NCBI GenBank assembly: GCA_005881595.1
Contig: VBBY01000002.1
Coordinates: 5,390-69,389, forward strand
Direction: 5' to 3'
Length of the DNA stretch: 64,000 nucleotides
Source: Betaproteobacteria bacterium
GTDB lineage: Bacteria > Pseudomonadota > Gammaproteobacteria > Burkholderiales > SG8-39
The notes beneath the pieces were generated by a model. The model worked only from the letters and a program-made list of their open reading frames with translations. It did not search any database and was not told the DNA's origin. Within the stretch, counting starts at the first letter, position 1. Every line of letters begins with the position of its first letter. A program made the translations under genes and the position numbers. Shown one piece after another: positions 60,400 to 64,000 of the stretch.

Positions 60400-61409
60400 G
60401 TTATCGGCAGCAGGATCCTGAATGTAGTGCGGCCCGGACGGGACTCGAACTCGATCACGCCCTGGTGATACTGGATGAACGTCTGCGCGAGCGAGAGTCC
60501 CAAGCCGCTACCGCCTTCCCTCCCGGACACCAGCGGACTGAAGATCCGGTCCTGGATCTCTTCCGGCACGCCGGGGCCGTCGTCGACCACCTGCAATTCT
60601 AGTGCCAGCTTGAAGCGCTGGCGCAGGATGGTGAGCTGGCGCACGGCACGCGTGCGAAAGACGATGTTCTTGCCGCCCGCCTGGGCCGCATTGCGCGCGA
60701 TGTTGAGGACTGCCTGGATCAGCAGCTCGCGGTCACCGAACATCTCCGGCAGGCTCGGGTCGTAGTCCTGGCAAATTTCAATTCCATATTCCGATTTGAC
60801 CAGGATGCGCACCCGCTCGAGTACCTCGTGGATGCCGAGCGGCTCGACGCGCGGCGCGCGATGCGGCGTGAGCATGCGGTCCATCAGCGCCTGCAGCCGG
60901 TCGGCTTCCTTGATGATCACCTGCGTGTATTCGCGCAGCTCGGGCCGCTCGAGCTCGCGCTCGAGCAGCTGCGCCGAGCCGCGCAGGCCCCCGAGCGGAT
61001 TCTTGATCTCGTGCGCGAGATTGCGGATCAGCTCGCGGTTGGTCTGCTGCTCGAACAGCATGCGCTCTTCGCGCGCCTGGCGCAGCTGCCGGTCGAGCGG
61101 GCGCAGCTCGGCGAGCAACGCCAGGCCCTGCGCTTCGATGCGGGTGACGACGCACGAAAGCGGCAATCCGGTCCGGGCGTAGGTCGCGTCCTGCGCCGAG
61201 TAATCCCAGTGCGTGACGCGCGCCTCGTCGAGCGTGCGCTCGAGCTCGGCGCGCTCCGAGAAAAGGCCGAGAAAAGGCTGGCCGATCAGGCTGCGCGCGC
61301 CCGTGGCCAGCAGATTTTCAGCCGCGGGATTGGCATAGCGCACGACAAACCTGTCGTCGAGCGCCACCACCGCCGTGGCGAGCAGATCCAGGCCGGGGAA
61401 CGAGGCCAC
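60396..61409 (-). CDS. ntrB: Nitrogen regulation sensor histidine kinase
   Basis: PAS-like N-terminus, H-box (LAHEIKNPLGG), N-box (NIARNAAQA) and G-boxes (DDGPGVP, GSGLGLS). Confidence 0.9.
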   Translation of the reverse strand: MASFPGLDLLATAVVALDDRFVVRYANPAAENLLATGARSLIGQPFLGLFSERAELERTLDEARVTHWDYSAQDATYARTGLPLSCVVTRIEAQGLALLAELRPLDRQLRQAREERMLFEQQTNRELIRNLAHEIKNPLGGLRGSAQLLERELERPELREYTQVIIKEADRLQALMDRMLTPHRAPRVEPLGIHEVLERVRILVKSEYGIEICQDYDPSLPEMFGDRELLIQAVLNIARNAAQAGGKNIVFRTRAVRQLTILRQRFKLALELQVVDDGPGVPEEIQDRIFSPLVSGREGGSGLGLSLAQTFIQYHQGVIEFESRPGRTTFRILLPIT

Positions 61410-61901
61410 CTAGCGGTTGAGGTTGCTGAGCTCTCGGCGCAGCGCTTCTACGTTTTTCTGATGGACTTCGAGGCTGTCTTTGTACGGCTGGAGCCGCTCC
61501 AGCACGCGCGCGTAATTGCGCTCGTCGCCCGAGCGCACCGATTCCTGCTCCGCCAGGTCCTGCTGCGCCTTCCCCAGAAGCTGCTGCTCGGTGGTGAGCT
61601 CCTTTTCCAGGATTTCGCGCTGGCGTTCCTTCGCGCTGGCGCGATCCGAGGCCGACTCCCTCGGGAAGCCGGCTCTGGAGCTGGAGGCCGACGGCCTCTG
61701 CACCGGGATCTGCTGGGCCGGGACTACATTGATCTCGCGCGACACAAGGTCGCACTTCTTGCCCGCCGTGTCGCGCTTGTCGCTGGTGTACAGCGACCGG
61801 CCGGTCCCATCGACGCACTTGTAGATTTCCGTGACCTGGGCGTAGGCGGGCGCGGCCAACACGCCGATTACCATCCATCCCAGCGCCCACGGGCGGTGCA
61901 T
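61410..61901 (-). CDS. DUF4124-domain exported protein with coiled-coil tail
   Basis: Signal peptide, IYKCVDGTGRSLYTSD (DUF4124-like), then a charged helical region. It sits between glnA and ntrB. Confidence 0.7.
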   Translation of the reverse strand: MHRPWALGWMVIGVLAAPAYAQVTEIYKCVDGTGRSLYTSDKRDTAGKKCDLVSREINVVPAQQIPVQRPSASSSRAGFPRESASDRASAKERQREILEKELTTEQQLLGKAQQDLAEQESVRSGDERNYARVLERLQPYKDSLEVHQKNVEALRRELSNLNR

Positions 61902-61916
61902 GAGCTAAGTCTATCA

Positions 61917-61951
61917 AACAAAAAGAAAAGGGGCGGACAAACCGCCCCTTT
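61917..61951 (-). terminator. Rho-independent terminator of glnA
   Basis: On the minus strand: aaaggggcgg, tttgt, ccgccccttt, followed by a T-rich run (tcttttt). It starts 17 nt after the glnA stop. Confidence 0.8.
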
Positions 61952-61967
61952 CCTGCACCGGAAACCG

Positions 61968-63383
61968 TCAAGAAGAGTAATACATGTCGAATTCGACCGG
62001 GTGAGTGGTCATGCGGAAGCGGGTCAGCTCCTCTTCCTTGAGCGTGATGTAGGACTCCAGGAAATCGTCCGAGAACACGCCGCCCTTGGTCAGGAACGCG
62101 TGGTCGTCGCGCAGGCAATCGAGCGCCTGCTCGAGCGAGGCGCAGACGTGCGGCACCTTGGCGGCCTCCTCGGGCGGCAGGTCGTACATGTTCTTGTCGA
62201 TCGGGTCGCCCGGGTGGATCTTGTTCTGCACGCCGTCCAGGCCCGCCAGCAGCATCGCGGCGAACGCCAGGTAGGAATTCGTGGTGGGGTCGGGGAAGCG
62301 CACTTCTACTCGTCGGCCGTTCGGGCTCGACACGTAAGGGATGCGGCATGCCGCGGAGCGGTTACGCGCCGAGTAGGCGAGGTTGATCGGCGCCTCGAAG
62401 CCCGGCACCAGCCGCTTGTACGAGTTGGTGCCCGGGTTGGTAATGGCGTTGAGCGCGTTGGCGTGCTTGATGATGCCGCCGATGTAGTAGACGGCGAAGT
62501 CCGACAGCCCGGCGTAGCCGTTGCCGGCGAATAAGTTCTTGCCGCCCTTCCATACCGACTGGTGCACGTGCATCCCCGAGCCGTTGTCGCCCACCACCGG
62601 TTTGGGCATGAAGGTCGCGGTCTTGCCGTAGGACTGCGCCACGTTCCACACCGTGTACTTGTAGATCTGCATCCAGTCGGCGCGCTGCACCAGCGGCGCA
62701 AAACGCGTGCCGATCTCGTTCTGGCCCATCGCGCCCACTTCGTGGTGATGCACCTCGACGTCGACGCCCTGCTGCTCCATCGCGAGCGCCATCGCGTTGC
62801 GGATGTCGAGCAGCGTGTCGGTCGGCGGCACCGGGAAGTAGCCGCCCTTGACCGGCGCGCGGTGGCCCATGTTGCCCGACTCGTAGTCGATGCCCGAGGA
62901 CCAGGGCGCTTCTTCGGACTTGATCTTCACGAAGCAGCCCGACATGTCGACGTTCCAGGTGACGCCGTCGAAGATGAAAAACTCGGGCTCCGGGCCGAAG
63001 TACGCCACTTCGCCGAGGCCGGTCGACTTCAGGTGGGCCTCGGCGCGCTTGGCGATCGAGCGCGGGTCGCGGTCGTAGGGCTTGCCGTCCATCGGCTCGT
63101 ACACGTCGCAGGTGATGTTGAGCACCGGCTCATCGGTAAACGGGTCCATGCGCGCGCTGACCGCGTCCGGCATCAGCAGCATGTCGGAGGACTGGATGCC
63201 CTTCCAGCCGGCGATCGACGAGCCGTCGAAGGCGTGGCCGAGCTCGAACTTGTCCTTGGTGAAGTGCTTGACCGGGACGGTGACGTGCTGCTCCTTGCCG
63301 CGCGTATCGGTGAAGCGGAGGTCGACGAACTTCACCTCCTTGTCCTTGATAAGCTTCAATACGTCATCGGGCGTCGTCGCCAT
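61968..63383 (-). CDS. glnA: Glutamine synthetase type I
   Basis: 471 aa with [37 protein letters not shown] and the adenylylation-site region (NMYDLPPEE). Confidence 0.96.
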   Translation of the reverse strand: MATTPDDVLKLIKDKEVKFVDLRFTDTRGKEQHVTVPVKHFTKDKFELGHAFDGSSIAGWKGIQSSDMLLMPDAVSARMDPFTDEPVLNITCDVYEPMDGKPYDRDPRSIAKRAEAHLKSTGLGEVAYFGPEPEFFIFDGVTWNVDMSGCFVKIKSEEAPWSSGIDYESGNMGHRAPVKGGYFPVPPTDTLLDIRNAMALAMEQQGVDVEVHHHEVGAMGQNEIGTRFAPLVQRADWMQIYKYTVWNVAQSYGKTATFMPKPVVGDNGSGMHVHQSVWKGGKNLFAGNGYAGLSDFAVYYIGGIIKHANALNAITNPGTNSYKRLVPGFEAPINLAYSARNRSAACRIPYVSSPNGRRVEVRFPDPTTNSYLAFAAMLLAGLDGVQNKIHPGDPIDKNMYDLPPEEAAKVPHVCASLEQALDCLRDDHAFLTKGGVFSDDFLESYITLKEEELTRFRMTTHPVEFDMYYSS

Positions 63384-63441
63384 CTGCGGTTCTCCTGGCT
63401 TGGATGGATTGCGAGTAGGTGTAGTAGGTAAGTCGGCGGTG

Positions 63442-63457
63442 AGCAGTTTCCATGCCT
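63442..63457 (-). promoter_or_regulatory. Candidate sigma-54 promoter of glnA
   Basis: The minus strand reads aGGCATggaaacTGCt, that is GG-N10-GC with consensus spacing (TGGCAC-N5-TTGC). It lies about 60 nt upstream of the glnA ATG, and an ntrBC operon is downstream. Confidence 0.4.
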
Positions 63458-63499
63458 AATGTCACCGCCCGGAGCCGGGGCATTTTACCCGCCCGCGGC

Positions 63500-63515
63500 G
63501 CACCGTCTAGGGGCA
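63500..63515. promoter_or_regulatory. Candidate NtrC-binding dyad upstream of glnA
   Basis: GCACC-gtcta-GGGGCA resembles the TGCACC-N5-GGTGCA NtrC consensus, with one mismatch in the right half. It lies about 45 nt upstream of the sigma-54-like element. Confidence 0.3.
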
Positions 63516-63537
63516 TTTTGAGGGCTCGCGCACTATA

Positions 63538-63987
63538 ATGCGGCAGCACATGGACGACATCAAGAAAAAAGCCGCCGAGCGTGCCCGGAAAATGGGGCTG
63601 ACGTACGCCGGCGCCCTGCTTCCTTCCGAAGCTCACGCGCTGATGAAGGCCGGCGCCAAGCTGGTCGACGTACGCACGAAGCCCGAGCTGCTGTACGTCG
63701 GCCACATCCCCGGGAGTATCGCCCTCGAGTGGCAGACCTATCCCGGCAGCCGGCCGAACCCCGAGTTCATCGGCGAGCTGGCAGCGGTAACGAAAAAGGA
63801 CGAACCGGTCATGTTCATCTGCCGCTCAGGAGCCCGCTCGCACGGCGCTGCTGAAGCGGCCATGCAGGCCGGATGGCGCGAGACCTACAACGTGCTCGAA
63901 GGCTTCGAGGGCGACAAGGACGACCAGCAGCATCGCAACACCGTCGGCGGCTGGAGAAAAGCCGGCCTGCCCTGGGTGCAAGGCTAA
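63538..63987 (+). CDS. Rhodanese-domain sulfurtransferase
   Basis: The active-site loop FICRSGARS sits in a single rhodanese domain. A TATAAT hexamer (63534-39) overlaps the first ATG, so the ATG at 63550 (MDDIKKK) may be the real start. Confidence 0.8.
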   Translation: MRQHMDDIKKKAAERARKMGLTYAGALLPSEAHALMKAGAKLVDVRTKPELLYVGHIPGSIALEWQTYPGSRPNPEFIGELAAVTKKDEPVMFICRSGARSHGAAEAAMQAGWRETYNVLEGFEGDKDDQQHRNTVGGWRKAGLPWVQG

Positions 63988-64000
63988 GCCCTCCAGCTTA

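Noticed and set aside
55591-61901. Two DUF4124-type exported proteins (55591..56175 and 61410..61901) as a possible paralogous pair or system
   Set aside because: They share only the short N-terminal DUF4124-like motif, lie in unrelated operons (prlC-coupled and glnA-ntrB) and have different C-terminal halves. They are most likely independent family members.

Overview
High-GC proteobacterial chromosome segment. Gene content and order look beta-proteobacterial (aceE-aceF-lpdA with a lipoyl-bearing LpdA, glnA-DUF4124-ntrB-ntrC, tkt-gap-pgk-pyk); that taxonomic call is inference. I call about 58 tightly packed protein genes, many joined by 4-nt ATGA/GTGA stop/start overlaps. I found no rRNA, tRNA, CRISPR array, transposase or integrase. 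Many long ORFs in the six-frame track are antisense or run-on artefacts of the high GC content, so I trimmed them to the part with recognisable protein motifs. Core genes are tkt-gap-pgk-pyk, nudC, argA, yggX, rpiA, the PDH complex, prlC, aceB, glnA-ntrBC and rsmE. Accessory content: (1) a 10-gene translationally coupled minus-strand operon (2789..12753) of unknown substrate, containing two xylose-isomerase-like TIM barrels, an enolase-superfamily enzyme, a Gfo/Idh/MocA oxidoreductase, DUF993, TauD, a TRAP transporter and a Zn-ADH. (2) A sugar-acid cluster (ABC transporter, two SDRs, IlvD/Edd dehydratase, FAH hydrolase, GST). (3) A fused AdoMet-decarboxylase/spermidine-synthase gene. (4) A visibly AT-richer patch encoding an MFS transporter and a membrane-anchored TolB-like protein, next to a 1059-aa secreted double-propeller/amidohydrolase fusion. 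(5) The strongest candidate for an unusual system: a lower-GC, translationally coupled vWA / PP2C phosphatase / Ser-Thr-kinase-like triad (TerY-P-like, 39286..42038) plus a secreted alpha/beta hydrolase. These four genes sit in a ~4.4 kb segment bracketed by a 61-bp imperfect direct repeat that duplicates the trx-like/rsmE divergent start region and leaves a 10-codon rsmE vestige. Also notable is that folD loses homology about 45 codons before its expected end and has no stop codon before prlC.
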